Part shown: positions 45,759-58,563 of the stretch, piece after piece
Layout of the letters: every line of letters begins with the position of its first letter
How positions within the stretch are numbered: the stretch's first letter is position 1
Assembly: GCA_004431415.1 (NCBI GenBank)
Contig: QPMI01000515.1
Span: 223,195-287,194 of the forward strand
Direction: 5' to 3'
DNA length: 64,000 bases
From: Cyanophora paradoxa CCMP329
Taxonomy: Eukaryota; Plantae; Glaucophyta
Made by a program: the position numbers and the translations under genes
The notes under the pieces: model-generated
Told to the model about the DNA's origin: nothing
What the model saw: only the letters and a program-made list of their open reading frames with translations
The model's database searches: none

Positions 45759-45803
45759 TTTGATTACCAATAGAATAGAAAAAACAATACGATTGCTGGA
45801 GAT

Positions 45804-46649
45804 TTAAGGCAAAGGATCACTTCCTCCAATGGGATTGTATAAATTTGTGGTTAGATATTGACCAAATCTATTTCCTCTGGCAATTTCATCATTCCTTTCA
45901 GCATACATAATCACTGTGTAAGCCCCTTGCTGGGTAGCTCTTATAATATATTGGTCATCTTGTGTGTCAAGAAGTGGCAGTGAATGGAAAGCAAGTCCGA
46001 AATTATCTACTGGGACTACTTGGACAGTAATTCGGGGTCTTGCTCCATCTGTTCTTCTACATAATGCGTAAATATCAGCAGGCAACGTCTCAGTATATCT
46101 ATAGTGATTTCCCAAAGGCTCTATAACATCAATGACAGCAGTCTGAAGGTTGATAATGATTGTGTTGATTTTGATAATGTAAGGCTCATTCATTCCCGGG
46201 ACATATGTCCTGATTCTTGTATTCACATCATCTGGATTGGGTTGATCATTTACTAATAAAGGCGCTCCAATAATTCCACCAACCCTTAAACCATCTCCAA
46301 TATAGGCACCTCCTGACCTACATTTAATTGCTCCCCTTCTTGCTTCGTAGGCAAAATTGGTTACCTTGTTATCATCATTGTAACTATCAGGATCCCCATG
46401 AAATGCGTTGAAATTCGCATTTGTTACAAGAAGTTTAGTAGTTTTAACGACCCCATTATTTTTGTCACATCTTAACTCTTTTAGTCTTAGCATGTGAGTG
46501 TCACCAAAAGTATTCAGAGTTGGGGCTATCTCTGTGGATTCGAGACCATCAATATTATCAATAATAGCATGCTGTAAGACGTGGTTAGCTGGAGCAGCTA
46601 ATGATAGTTGCGCTGTTAAAATGCGCTCTGGTGGTGCTGGTGCTGCCAT
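45804..46649 (-). CDS. Putative virion fibre/spike-associated protein, paralogue of 46669-47512
   Basis: Shares R.KELR.DKN.GVVKTT.LLVTNANF and SGGA.IG.G.RV.G..G with its neighbour. The C-terminal LP...TVQ...AERND resembles domains at the ends of phage and giant-virus fibres. Confidence 0.7.
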   Translation of the reverse strand: MAAPAPPERILTAQLSLAAPANHVLQHAIIDNIDGLESTEIAPTLNTFGDTHMLRLKELRCDKNNGVVKTTKLLVTNANFNAFHGDPDSYNDDNKVTNFAYEARRGAIKCRSGGAYIGDGLRVGGIIGAPLLVNDQPNPDDVNTRIRTYVPGMNEPYIIKINTIIINLQTAVIDVIEPLGNHYRYTETLPADIYALCRRTDGARPRITVQVVPVDNFGLAFHSLPLLDTQDDQYIIRATQQGAYTVIMYAERNDEIARGNRFGQYLTTNLYNPIGGSDPLP

Positions 46650-46668
46650 TTAATATACTGAAACATAA

Positions 46669-47512
46669 TTACGGAATGGGATCATTCGGAAATGGTTCAT
46701 TGTAGAAATTCGAGACCTGCGAATCAGGATTTATACAGTTGGCAACAGCCCATGCTGCTTCATCATTACGATATCCAAAAATTAAAATATCATAACCCCT
46801 ACCTCTGATGCCCAAAAATCGAAACTGTTTGGTTGTGTGGCAGGATTTCTTGTGATCCATCCACGCCCACCATGGCCTACTGCTTGAACAAAGAAAGTAT
46901 AACCTTCTAATCCTCCATTCTGAGAGCGACACATAGAATACATTGCCTTTGGTAGAAGCTGATTAGCCAATTTCCATGGTCCGGCAATACCTTGGGGTTG
47001 AGTGGCATTTTGCGTATTTACATTAGCTCTAATGATACCAAAAGCATACGGGGAATCCCGCATGGAAGAAACATGCGAATTCTTTGGGGATTATCAGCAT
47101 GTTCAGGTAAAGTGTCCGGAAAATCATTAAAGGCAGCAGAAGAGCCAAGCATTCCCGATACTCTACAGCCACCACCAATTATTGCTCCTCCTGATCTTAT
47201 AACAGCAGCAGCCCTTGTATTGTCAAATTCAAATGCTTTGATATCTACACCATACGCATCAGGTTGTCCATTTGCTGATTGAAAATTCGCATTTGTTACA
47301 AGAAGTTGAGTTGTTTTCACCACTCCCGAATTTTTATCAGCTCTCAGTTCTTTTACACGAATCATACTATTCTTGTCAAAAGCATTACCTGAATTTGCCC
47401 GTTCTGTTGATTCCATTCCACGAACTTCATCAGACACTTCATGTTGTCTAAAATGAATTGCTGGACTCCCCAATGCGTAAACTGGTAATTGGACTCGATT
47501 ATATTCGCCCAT
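46669..47512 (-). pseudogene. Frameshifted paralogue of 45804-46649
   Basis: Homology to the neighbour continues across three track ORFs (47018-47512, 46782-47063, 46669-46932). Confidence 0.75.
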
Positions 47513-47551
47513 TACTTCTTCTATTAAGAAGGATAGAAAAATAAAGCTTCA

Positions 47552-50500
47552 TCACGGAATTCCATATGCTGTCCAGTGAATTGTGAAGGTATATGTCGTA
47601 TTTGCTGTAGCAGTCGCATCAGTTAGCAAGGTAACATGAACTGTGGACGAGGAAGAACTTGAATTCGATAATCCAAATTTATAGCCAAGCGCTTGGGTTG
47701 TCACAGGGGTTCCTTCCATTACTAAACTAATGACAGGTGGTTTCGTGTTGAATGCTGGGTTCCAATTTAAAATATAAGTGGCTTCTCCACGGCTATTGGC
47801 GTTGAGGGGTCCTATACTCATCTGGAAAGTCCCAGATAGAAATCGTTGCCTGATTTCATTCCATGTCGGGATTTTACTTAGACTATTTGTAGTTCCAGTG
47901 GCCACCTCATAGAAAGACCTTGCGTAAACATTGGTGTTCACACTGAGCTTGTCTACCAAAAGATTTGCTGAGAGCTGAGTGTATGTTTCGGGATAAGTGT
48001 ATGGAAAGTCAAGCCCAAATTTGAGCTTAAAGTAATATCTCATGAAACTCTTTTCAGTTGGAGATAAAGCCCGATTAAAAATTACAACTTCGGCTATCTC
48101 TCCTACATAGGAAGTGAATGAGAGTTCCTTTATTTTTATGGTCGGCGTGTTTGACCACAGGAAGCTTCCAGTAATTGAGGGAGATACATCTGCGCCATTC
48201 AACCCCATAGTTAGTGTTGTAGGGGTTAATTGAAAGTCGAACAACCCCCAAGAATTCAAGAAGCTTGTTGTTGAGACTTGTGTTAATGTGGAAGTGATAA
48301 TACCAAGGGAATTTCCATTAACTGCTCCCAGTGTGATATATCTCCCGTATGTAGGGTCACTTGTGTCATCATTGGTAACTACAAAATGTGATTGGTTACC
48401 TGTGGCAGTGTGCTTTCTCACTGAAAATACAGTCATGCCACTGGCAAAAATGTTTGATAATGCTGTGGTGTACTGATGCCGATATCCAGAAGAACTACTT
48501 GTGCTGACCATGTATTTATTTCCATTCAATGCTGTCCCACTGCTTATTGAGTTCTTGGATAAAGTGAACCCAGGGCTCATGTTTGGTAAGGCAAGTGGGA
48601 GCCCTTCTGCTCTGTTGACCATTGTTTCTAACAACGAGCCATTGACATCAGTTGAATTTGGGTACCAGTGGAACACACAATTGGATGTGAAAAGTGGATT
48701 AGTATATGAAAGGAGCTGGTCAATTGGTGGCGATGTAGAAATTGGATAGAACTTGATGGACTGCTCACCATTTATGATTGAAGGAGTGTAAAGGTTGCTT
48801 GAAACTACAAGGTTTGATGTTATTGTACCTCCCGTTCGGGGCAGATAGCTGCTGAGCCAGTCCCTTGTAACATTTGAAGTAACAAGTTGTGGATTAATTT
48901 TTTCAGCTATCAATGTTTGAACGACATTTGAAGTGGTGTAAGGTTGAAGCCAGTTTTGAACAATGTTTGATGTGGGGATATTTGGCAAGGCTACATTGCT
49001 ATTCACAGTCAGCTTATTAAGTATAAGATTGGGGTGGACACCTGTAGGAACTCATTTGAGGAGTAGGCTGGGCTGATTTGGGGAATTGGGTTGCTCAGAC
49101 CATACTTTTGTGATAGATAGTAGCGGATAAAGCCCTTCTCATCAGCTGATAGAGCCCGATTGTAAATGATTATTTCTGCCATTTGTCCTTGGAAGCTTTC
49201 TATCCCAATCTTTTGGATTGTGAGATTTGCCACTTCACTTAAATTGTAGTTGCCAGATAATGTGGGGGATAAATCAACACTATTGATGCCTACTGTGGTT
49301 ACGGTTGAAGTGACATGATAGTCAAACAAAGTCCAATTGTTGTAAAAGCTTGTGGCTGTGGATGCTGTGGAAGTTGCTTGATACACTCCATTTGTTTGAT
49401 AACTCGTTATTCCAATAGATGTTTCTCCTGTGGTTCCGAATCTTATATATCTACTTGATGTAGGGTCACTGTAAATGGTTAGATGAGCTGAAGGACTGGC
49501 AGAGGTTGAATAGTTCCTTCTCACAGAGAACATTGTCATCCCATTGCTGAATGGGTTTGCTATGTAGGGACTTGGTTGCGCCAAATAGGTTGTTACCCTG
49601 TAACCCCAAATAGTTTATTCCCATTGATTAAAGAGGCACTCAGCACGAAGGCCCCAGTTGACACTTTAAGCCAAGAAGGCAAAGCATTGGGTTGCCCAGA
49701 TGCCCTATTGGTAAGTTCTGGTATTGCTGTGCCTGATGGCTCATTTAAAGGATACCAGTGGAATACACAGTTTGGTGTAGACAGTGGATTTGTGTATGCT
49801 GAAAGGCGTTCCAGGGGAGGTATCAAGTTTTGGATTAGAACCAAGTCTATGGATTGGCTACCACTTCTTATGTTATTTGTGTAAAGGCTGCCCGAAACAG
49901 AAAGATTGGATGTGATAGTCCTCCTGATTTGGGCAAATAGTCACTCAACCAGCTCTGAACTATATTTGAGGATGTGAGTGGAGATATTTGGGTATTGACT
50001 GTAGCCGTATCAGCCTTGGGAGCTAACCAGCCCTGAACTGTGTTGGAAGAGGTCAGCAGGGCTACTTGGGAATTAACAAAGGCAGTCTCAGCCTTTGGGG
50101 CTAACCAAGCTTGAACTGTGTTGGAGGATGTCAGCAGGGCTATTTGGGAATTTACAGCTGCTGTATCAGCCTTGGGGATTAACCAGCCCTGAACTGTGTT
50201 GGAAGACGTCAGCAGGGCTATTTGGGAATTTACGGTTTCTGTATCAGCCTTGGGGATTAACCAGCCCTGAACTGTATTGGAAGATGTCAGCAGGGCTATT
50301 CGGGAATTTACGGTTTCTGTATCAGCCTTGGGGATTAACCAGCCCTGAACTGTATTGGAAGATGTCAGCAGGGCTATTCGGGAATTTACGGTTTCTGTAT
50401 CAGCCTTGGGAGCTAACCACTCTTGAACTAAATTGGAAGAAGTCAACGGGGCTATCCATTCCTGAACCACATTGGAAGCAGTCAATGGGGCTATCCACTC

Positions 50501-53500
50501 TTGAGCTACATTAGAAGAAGTCAACGGGGCTATCCATTCCTGTACCACATTAGATGAGGTGAGTGGGGCTATCCATTCCTGAACTACATTGGAAGCAGTC
50601 AGTGGAGCTACCCATTCGTGAACTACATTGGAAGTGGTTAAAGGTTCTATATTGGTATTGATACTGTCTATGCTTTCTTGTATCTGTGTAATCTGGGCAT
50701 TGATGGCAGTTATTTCTGCCTCTTGAAGACTTGAGCTTGTTTGGAAATCTTTGATAATAAAACCACCTCCTGGTGCTGGTGCTGTATATTGGAGGTTGTT
50801 AGCTATAAGACTTCCTGTTACTCGAAGGCTGTTTGTTTGGAGAAGAAGTTTGTTAGGGTCACTGGCGAAAGGATTGTCCAATGGCTCAGGATAGCCGTAT
50901 TTTTGGAGGAGATAACTTCGTATGTTGTCCTTCACGATTTCTGTTGTTGGTTTAATAATCACTATTAGCTCTGCTAAATCTTGTTTGGAGGTTGAAGAGC
51001 CAATACGACTTTCAGTAACAAGGTTATTGGGGAACATGTTTGTAACATTTTCAACACTTCTATTGCTACCATTGATCCCAAATGTAACAGTGGAAGGAGA
51101 GACTGTTACTTCGTAGAGTGTCCATGTCGTCATTTCGGAGTATGTAATTTCTGCTTTTGCGTTACTTGGTGAAGTGCTTTCACCTAATCCTGCTGCTCCA
51201 ACCCCATTAGAAACCTGAATATAACAAGTCGCACCATTGTTCCATTTATTGATGCTCCAATTTGTGGTTCCATAACTCAAAGATAAAACGTTCTCTACAT
51301 TTGGAGGTGCTGTATCTGTGAATTTCGCGACGAAAAACACAGTTAAATGTTGCTGTGAAGTTTGGCTCATGAAAAGTTCACACTCAGCCCCCCACGTATT
51401 ATAGGCTGAAAAGTTGAAGTTAATTGTAGGATACGAATTAAAATAAGGTTTGTTGTTAGGACCTCCATTATTCTTAATTTGTGTCGAGTTCCCAGCAACA
51501 TTACCAAACCCAAGAAGAAAATTCGGTGTCTCAGGGTTATTATCAAACCAAACGTCTCCTGCTCCGTTTCCAAGTCCACTCACTATCGTTCCATCTTTCA
51601 TATTGTCCCTTGCTCTGACCCAAACGAAAACATTAAGAACTGAAAGGACATTAAACGTCGAAACATCCAAATAATCCAATTTGAAAGTGTTCTCATATAT
51701 TTTGAGTTTGCTGTCAGTGTTTCCTTGATTGCTCACGTTAAGATTTCCTGTGATTGTTCCACCTGTTAATGGTAAGTAGTTATCTAACAACGCTTCTGAA
51801 TCTGCTATCCAACCCCTCACAACATTTGAAGTGGTGTATTCATTTAACCATCCTCTTACAACATTCGAGGTTGTGCGATCTGTCAATAATGCTACTACAC
51901 CATTGGTGGTTGCTAAGTTCATCCCTGTTACTTGTAGTTCCTGAGTCTTGATGAGTAGTTTATTATCATCTCTTGGTATTGGGTTTGAAGAGTCTTCTAC
52001 AAATCCGTAGAACTGATGAAGATACCACCGTAGATTATATAATTCAGCAGCTGTTAAGGCTCTTGTGAAACAATAGAATTCGCACAGGTCGAATTTCGAG
52101 TATTGACTTCCCAAATATACATACTTTACATCATTTCGGGGCAGATGAGAACCATTTGTAATCGAAAAGGTCTGTCTCTCTTTCGCATTAACACCCACTT
52201 TTACGGATGTGCTTGTGATTGTGATGTCATAGATTGTCCAAGAATCTACTTCGTCAATTGTGAGTGGAACCCTGAAAGTAGATTGGTCTAATTTACTGAT
52301 GTTCAAAACGAAACCATCACCCCATTGACCTTTGGAAATACTCCAAATTTGCCCATTACTACCAAGTGTAGAAGACCCATCAAACTGTAAAATAGGTTCA
52401 AGCGGTTCAGCATTTCTTAACTTAATCACAAATGCGACAGTTATTCCTCCACTGAAATCGATGGTTTCATAGCCTGCTGAATTTGTAGAAGTGAAGGAAT
52501 AACGGAAAGTAGAGAAGCTATTGGTGTCTGCTACATCATAGTAGGGTTTGTTATTAGGACCTCCTGAGTTTCTGAATACTACACTTCCTGACTGTATCAG
52601 TTTTTGAATAACATTAGCATTTGCTTTATTAACAAGCTCATAGACCAGTACATTATTTTCCCAAGCATCATCCAAACTCGCATTAAATCTTAGAAGGCAA
52701 TGAGACAAACCCCCAACATCGAAATTTAAGAAGTTTAAAGGGGCTCTTGAAATCTCATTGTTCCCTATAACAATCTTATCCTTTACCTCCAGTTCTCTAT
52801 TGACTGTAAGATCACCTGTAATGGTGCCACCTGTCAATGGTAAATATTTAGCAAGTTCAGCATCAAGCTCAGTCTCTGTCACATAGGGTATTAATGCTGC
52901 TGCCAGTGTTGTGGCATATTCAGTTTCTGTTACATAATCATTGAGTATAGTAGTTAATTCGGTTCCATCTATGTAATTCTTATTTTCTAAATAATCCTCT
53001 GTGACCACTCGTGATATATTTTCGTTGTGAATGTTTTTTGCTGCTGCTCTCTGATTTATTTCTAAAACACCTTGCTTATCAACATCATTATAGTTCGTTT
53101 TCTTCCACCCTATCTCACATTGCTTGTAATCGTCTCGATCTCCAACTAAATCATCAGGTAAGAGCCGTTCTCGGCTAAATATTAGCTTTGGTCTTGATCC
53201 ATCAAAAGCGCTAACATCAGTCACATTAATCTGAAGAGTCGCATCTTTGTCTACATAATTAATTGGATTGGCTGGAAGAGATGGTATAGGTGGTAATGTT
53301 GCTGTCATTGGGATGTCGTCAGGGTAGTAACTTGTTAAATAGATACCTGGTTTGGTGTCTTTTATTTCAACACCTCCACCAGCTGCCACTAAATTAACTC
53401 TTGTAGGTGGTCTAATATAGAGTTCGCCTTCCATTGTGGTTCCAGCATTAATTCCGTGGCGATTGACATAATATGTATCTAATAGTAATCGTTCTTCTGT

Positions 53501-54946
53501 GTCTATATTTTTATACAGACTCACACCATGTAGCCCATCATTCACAGCATTACCTGCTGATGCGAAAGTAGGTTGCTGGTCGATTTCATCCCAATCGTGT
53601 CTGTGGTCTTCTGGTGGGAACAATTCTGGTACATCAATTTCGTCCCAAGTGTGTCTATGGTCTGCTGGTGGAAATTCTTCTGGTATTCCATCGATTTCTC
53701 CCCAATCATGCCTATGATCCACAGGTGGAAATCTATCAGGTTTATTCTCGATTTCGTCCCAATCATGGCCATGGGGATCAGGTGGATATGTTTGTGGTTT
53801 ATTTCGAATGTCCTCCCAATCCACTATGAAATCGAATAGATCAGGTGCGAAACCATCAGGTACAAGCTGCTCATCAAAAGGCTCGTAGCGATCATAAGTT
53901 ACAAGATTTGGGTCGAAACCATCTGGTAAGACATTATCCTCTTCAAATCGCCTATCTTCAAGAGGTATAACATTTACATCTGGTGATAAAAGCTCCTCAG
54001 CTGGTTGTTTGTAATCTGTAAATACTGGTTTGTTTCTGACTTTTTCCCAGCTAACTATGTGCTGCCCAAAGGCTACATTTTCCTCTGCTGTGTATTCCCT
54101 CCCTGGTTGCTTCTTTGGTGTAAGGTCAGGTGGATCCCACGGAAGCGGAAAGGGGACAGGAACAGGACCGTAATGCTCAAAGATTTCCCTTATAGTTTTC
54201 TCACTGACAAGCTTCTCACCATTGGCATACACATTGCTTCCATGGATATTTCGCCACTGCCTCGTCCTGATTCCAAGGTCTTTTGTGTTTGTGACCAAAG
54301 GTAAAAGGTGCCTATCCATTTCGACAAGATCAGGATGTAAATGGATTGCTACTGGTTGAGTGGGGCTGCTGTTGATGGTAATTGATGGCTTTTTCTGGTG
54401 GACATCATTTGGAGTAAAAAACCCAAACGGCTCATTCCTCGCAAAGTCATATGTAATATCCTTGGGGTATACATCATTAGTTGAACAGACTTGATTTGTG
54501 TTCTGGAAATGGCCCACTTGTAATACTTGGGGAACCTCTGTTTTTGTGGTGCTGCCCTCATTATAAATTCTCAAACCTGTGTTCTGTTTGCCCTGCTCAT
54601 CTTGTACATTGAAAATCAAACGGCCACTATCACACCTTGATGGTATGTCTGGATGGGTTCCACTTGGTTTGAGTTTTCTCGGTCTCCTTCTGGTTGCCTT
54701 GATCTCTGCTACTTGATTGGCTTTCACATTGCCCAAACTAAAAGCTATACTGACATCCTCCTTGTCTGGATCGGTCTGATTTAAGGACAGGGCATGCTCC
54801 CTTGATTGAGTCTTTGAAGAACCGTCAGAGCTGTGGTCGATTGATATTGAACCTTTAACTTTTATATTATCAAAGTTCACATGCTTTGTGCTGCTGGAAT
54901 TACCATCTTGAATTGTTTCCAGATTAGGGGGGTAATTAAAGCTCAT
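47552..54946 (-). CDS. Giant fibre protein (~2,460 aa) split by three 1-nt frameshifts
   Basis: FPP.DH.H.W.EI tail-fibre repeats; four YLP.TGGTIT-headed LamG/ConA-like modules ending AE....RAL...E...R.YL..KYG; LTSSN.VQ.W stalk repeats; and an H-type-lectin-like C-terminus (F...PP.I...IHWTAYG). Internal homology restores the frame at ~49920, ~49593 and ~49032. Confidence 0.82.
49960..50640 (-). repeat. Coding tandem repeats (42-bp and 81-bp units) in the fibre stalk
   Basis: 14-aa APLTSSNVVQEWI-type units followed by 27-aa PKADTETVNSRIALLTSSNTVQGWLI-type units that are near-identical at the DNA level. Confidence 0.9.
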
Positions 54947-54989
54947 GGCTTTTACTATATGGATTTATAATATTCCTTATAAGTATTAG

Positions 54990-56545
54990 ATGCCTCTCAA
55001 GGTCGTTTTAGCATTGTCAGGAGGCGGAGCAAGGGGCATTATCATTACCAGACTGCTCAAAGAAATCGAAAATCGAACTGGCAGGCAAATCATTGACCTT
55101 GTGGATCTTGTTAGTGGAACTTCCACGGGTGGGATCATTGCCATTGGGTTGAACATCAGGCATCCAGATAGGGCAGGCGAACCCAAACTCACAGCCAGTG
55201 ATTTACATAATATTTACCTCACTCAGCTGCCCTTGATTTTCGCGAATCCTCGAAATATAATCGAAAATGCCCTTTTTAACACCAAGTATGATGTGGCTCC
55301 TTTGGAAAGCGCAATCTATTCTGTTACTGGCGAATCTCTCATTCAAGATTCCTTAAAGGACATTGTGATTACTTCGTTTGATACTCAGTACATGAAACCT
55401 ATATTTATCACAAATGATAACAACTATAACTTTCTGCCCTGTAAAATAGCAGCAAGGGCTACCTCTGCTGCTCCCACCTACTTTTCTCCTGTGAGTATAG
55501 TTGATTTTAATCGAGGGTAACTGCTTGCCTTATTGATGGTGCTATTTCAGGAAACAATAACCCAAGTGTGTGTGGCTATAGCCATGCGAGGAAGATTTAC
55601 AGTGATGATGATGACATTATAGTTATAAGCATCTCTTGTGGTGAGGTAGACCCATATTTAGAGTCTGATTATTTCGGCTATGGTTATGAGACTGTGAACA
55701 GTTGGGGCATTCTCTCATGGATTGCCTCAACAGATGGAAGCCCATTGATTAACATGCTCATGGCAGCAAGTGAGCTGTCAGCTCTTGACAAGATGGAGGA
55801 GTTGCTGCCTTACAACTACGATCAGGATTATGGGAGGTACTATAGGCTATCTGTTCCTCTTCCAAATCACATAGTCAAGTCCCTTGATGATACCTCTAAA
55901 ATCCCCGACATGCTTTCGTTCACTGAGACATACATAGCAGCAAACAACACCATGATTAATAAGCTTTGCGATTTGCTGGTAGCAAACTATGAATTAAAGA
56001 ACCCATCAAAAGCTTATATCTCTTCCACTCTCACCCTGTCACCACCTTTGGATGCTAATTGGTACAAACTTGCTGATGATGCTTTTACTGCCTCCTCCTC
56101 TGTGATAGGTAAAGAGCCCCACATGGCTCGACCTTCATCATTTGGCTGGGAAGCTGGGGCATTTGCTCCAGAGCAGATATGGGAGACCCCCACTGAGTAC
56201 CTTCAAGTTGCTTTCCCATACACTTTTGAACTCTCTTCAGTGGTTGCCTATGGGTCAGGGGACACCAATGCTTTTATAAAGACTTTCAATGTGGCTACAT
56301 CAACTAATGGGATCAACTGGTCTTTTATTCGAGCAGAAGGGCAGAACAAAACATTTGTTTGTGAGAATATAAACAATGCTAATAATTCCGGCGATATAGC
56401 TTTATTAAATGGTTACCCTCTCACCATCAAGGATGCTTTCTACGTAGGGTTCTCTTTGAGAATCAAATATGTTCGCATTTATCCCCTTGTCTATGTGAAT
56501 GCTCCCACAATGAGAGTCGATTTTACAGGTGCGTTTATTCGATAA
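54990..56545 (+). CDS. Patatin-like phospholipase fused to an F5/8 type C (discoidin) domain; 1-nt frameshift at ~55516
   Basis: LSGGGARG, GTSTG, ATSAAPTYF. Adding one G to the GGG run gives VTACLIDGA. The C-terminus has FTASS..W....EYLQV..G...FIKTF..S.NG.NW..YVRIYP...MRVDF.G. Confidence 0.88.
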
Positions 56546-57470
56546 ACTCGAGCTGAAAAGAATTGTCAATTCCATTCATGTCAATGATGTCACCAAAGTA
56601 GTCTTTGAACTCAACTGTTAGTTCTCTCACCACCAGATGTCGGTCATTAATTCGAATAAACTCCCCATGTTCACCATTATAGTAAACATAGCCTCCTATA
56701 TCCTTGCTTAATTGGAGTCTCAGTATGGCGCCTTGGTTTTGTGGCTGTGATTTTGGGACTATATTATGTCTGCTGGCAAAGGGAGCAAGTTCTTTGACAT
56801 GTAAATAAAGGTACTGCTCAGCATTCATATCTGCCATCTTATTGCTGTCATAAACATATCTAAGAGGTGTGGATGAAAGTCTGGATCCCGAAAAGGTAGT
56901 TCCCCACAAGGGGTGATTGAGTGTGATAGGTTTGCCATCATACTTTAGAAAATTCTCAGGGCGATATGGAGATTGAGAGGGCGAATTGTCATCCATAAAT
57001 GAAGACTGGAACTCAGTTGAGCTTAAACCCAATAGCTTACCAATGCGCTTATTGCTTGCTTTTATACGGAAATATCGGTTACTGTAGAACTCCACTTTAT
57101 AGGTGGTTGGATTGTAGAATAATTTGAATTCGAAAGCAACTGTTTTTCCTGCTATAGTTTCCTCATAGAACACATAGTTCAATCCATAGTTGTATGGTTG
57201 GGTGACCCCAAAATGTCCCTGATTGATATAACCGGTTGGCAGGGGGGAAATGTTGTAAGTTACTGTTTCAGTGACAGAACTATCCTGATAGGTGAATTCC
57301 ACTATTAAATGATCTGTTCCCACACTATTGTAAATGCTGTTTGGAATTTCTGCGTAAATAACCCTACACTCTCGAGGTCTCTCTACTGGTGTTGTGAGGG
57401 CAACCCTGTAAGAGTTTTCGGTTTCACCTTGGCTGCGATCCCTGCTATCAACATTGACAAGCCGGTTCAT
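56535..57470 (-). CDS. Minor capsid (penton) protein 1
   Basis: N-terminal VDSRDR..SYRVAL..AEIPNSIYN and C-terminal ELTVEFKDYFGDIIDMNGIDNSFQLEF are typical of PLV/NCLDV pentons. Confidence 0.82.
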   Translation of the reverse strand: MNRLVNVDSRDRSQGETENSYRVALTTPVERPRECRVIYAEIPNSIYNSVGTDHLIVEFTYQDSSVTETVTYNISPLPTGYINQGHFGVTQPYNYGLNYVFYEETIAGKTVAFEFKLFYNPTTYKVEFYSNRYFRIKASNKRIGKLLGLSSTEFQSSFMDDNSPSQSPYRPENFLKYDGKPITLNHPLWGTTFSGSRLSSTPLRYVYDSNKMADMNAEQYLYLHVKELAPFASRHNIVPKSQPQNQGAILRLQLSKDIGGYVYYNGEHGEFIRINDRHLVVRELTVEFKDYFGDIIDMNGIDNSFQLEFIE

Positions 57471-57499
57471 TTTAATATATGAATATAGATAAAAGGAGA

Positions 57500-58510
57500 A
57501 TGCCCGTGGACTACATTGAGGTGAGCTCTTTTAATACAATCTCTGGTGACGGTCCTACTTCAAGCTTTATAGCTCGACTTCCAAACATATATGAGAATGT
57601 GAGGGCTGTCAGGCTGGTCTCGGCCGAATTTTATAATAGTATCCCTATGGTGAGTGGTGAAACGCAACCAGGGGATATTACAATTGATAATTCATTCAGC
57701 ATTTTTTGGAGTGAAGAATTCGATGGTGCTGGCATTGATGGCATTCCAACTACTCGACCAGCGGCCGGCTTTGAACCTTGGAAGCAATTAATAATAAGCC
57801 GCAAAAAACCCATTCAAAGCCACCAGCAATTGGTAAATGTAATTAATGCGAAATTCGATGATAGAGAGCCGGAACCATCTATTCGCTGTAAATGGGATGA
57901 GTCACTAAAACGAATTATATTCCACTCAGAGAAACCTTTCTATCTAGCCTTCTCTGTTGCTGGAAATCCAAACCAGAAAACGATCCAAAAGTTGCTGAGC
58001 GCTGCCCGATTGCTTGGTCTTGATCCCGGAAGATATGGAAATTCCCCAATCCAATCACAGGTTTATAATGCTCTTACTGATGGCATCTTTACTGGTGAAC
58101 GGGTGAATGGTATTATATCTTCATTTGAGCCTGAAAAGACCAGGGACAGTGTTTTATTTGTCAGAGTAAAAGAGTTGGGTGATCTAGTTCAGTGTGGGGA
58201 TGGTCTCCTGACTGGTTACTTCCACAAAATCGTGGTTCCTGACAAGGACTATGGTGAGCATGTGGTTTACAATTCAACAGAATCTCACCCACTTTACAAG
58301 TACTATAACAAAAAAATGGGTTTGTCTACATTCTCTGTGGATATAGTAAATGCTATAAACGAACCAATCGATTTTGAGGGTCAACCTGTCCACCTCACAT
58401 TTGAAATTCGATATGGGGAGGAGCCAGCAGGCGACCCTGTCTATGAATACTTTAAGATGCGGATGTCACAAAGTCATCCAACATATCCAATCATTGCGAG
58501 TTTTGGGTAA
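57500..58510 (+). CDS. Minor capsid (penton)-like protein 2
   Basis: IEVSS..SSFIARLPNIYENVRAVRLVSAEFYNS, LFVRVKEL, LSTFSVDIVNAINEPIDFEGQPVHLTFEI. Confidence 0.75.
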   Translation: MPVDYIEVSSFNTISGDGPTSSFIARLPNIYENVRAVRLVSAEFYNSIPMVSGETQPGDITIDNSFSIFWSEEFDGAGIDGIPTTRPAAGFEPWKQLIISRKKPIQSHQQLVNVINAKFDDREPEPSIRCKWDESLKRIIFHSEKPFYLAFSVAGNPNQKTIQKLLSAARLLGLDPGRYGNSPIQSQVYNALTDGIFTGERVNGIISSFEPEKTRDSVLFVRVKELGDLVQCGDGLLTGYFHKIVVPDKDYGEHVVYNSTESHPLYKYYNKKMGLSTFSVDIVNAINEPIDFEGQPVHLTFEIRYGEEPAGDPVYEYFKMRMSQSHPTYPIIASFG

Positions 58511-58563
58511 ACACAAGGTTCATTCGTAATTTTTTATGTTACAGTATAATAAAAGAGAAAATC

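Noticed and set aside
47552-54946. Diversity-generating retroelement or programmed frameshifting in the fibre gene
   Set aside because: No reverse transcriptase or adenine-specific template/variable pair is present, and similar 1-nt breaks occur throughout block B.
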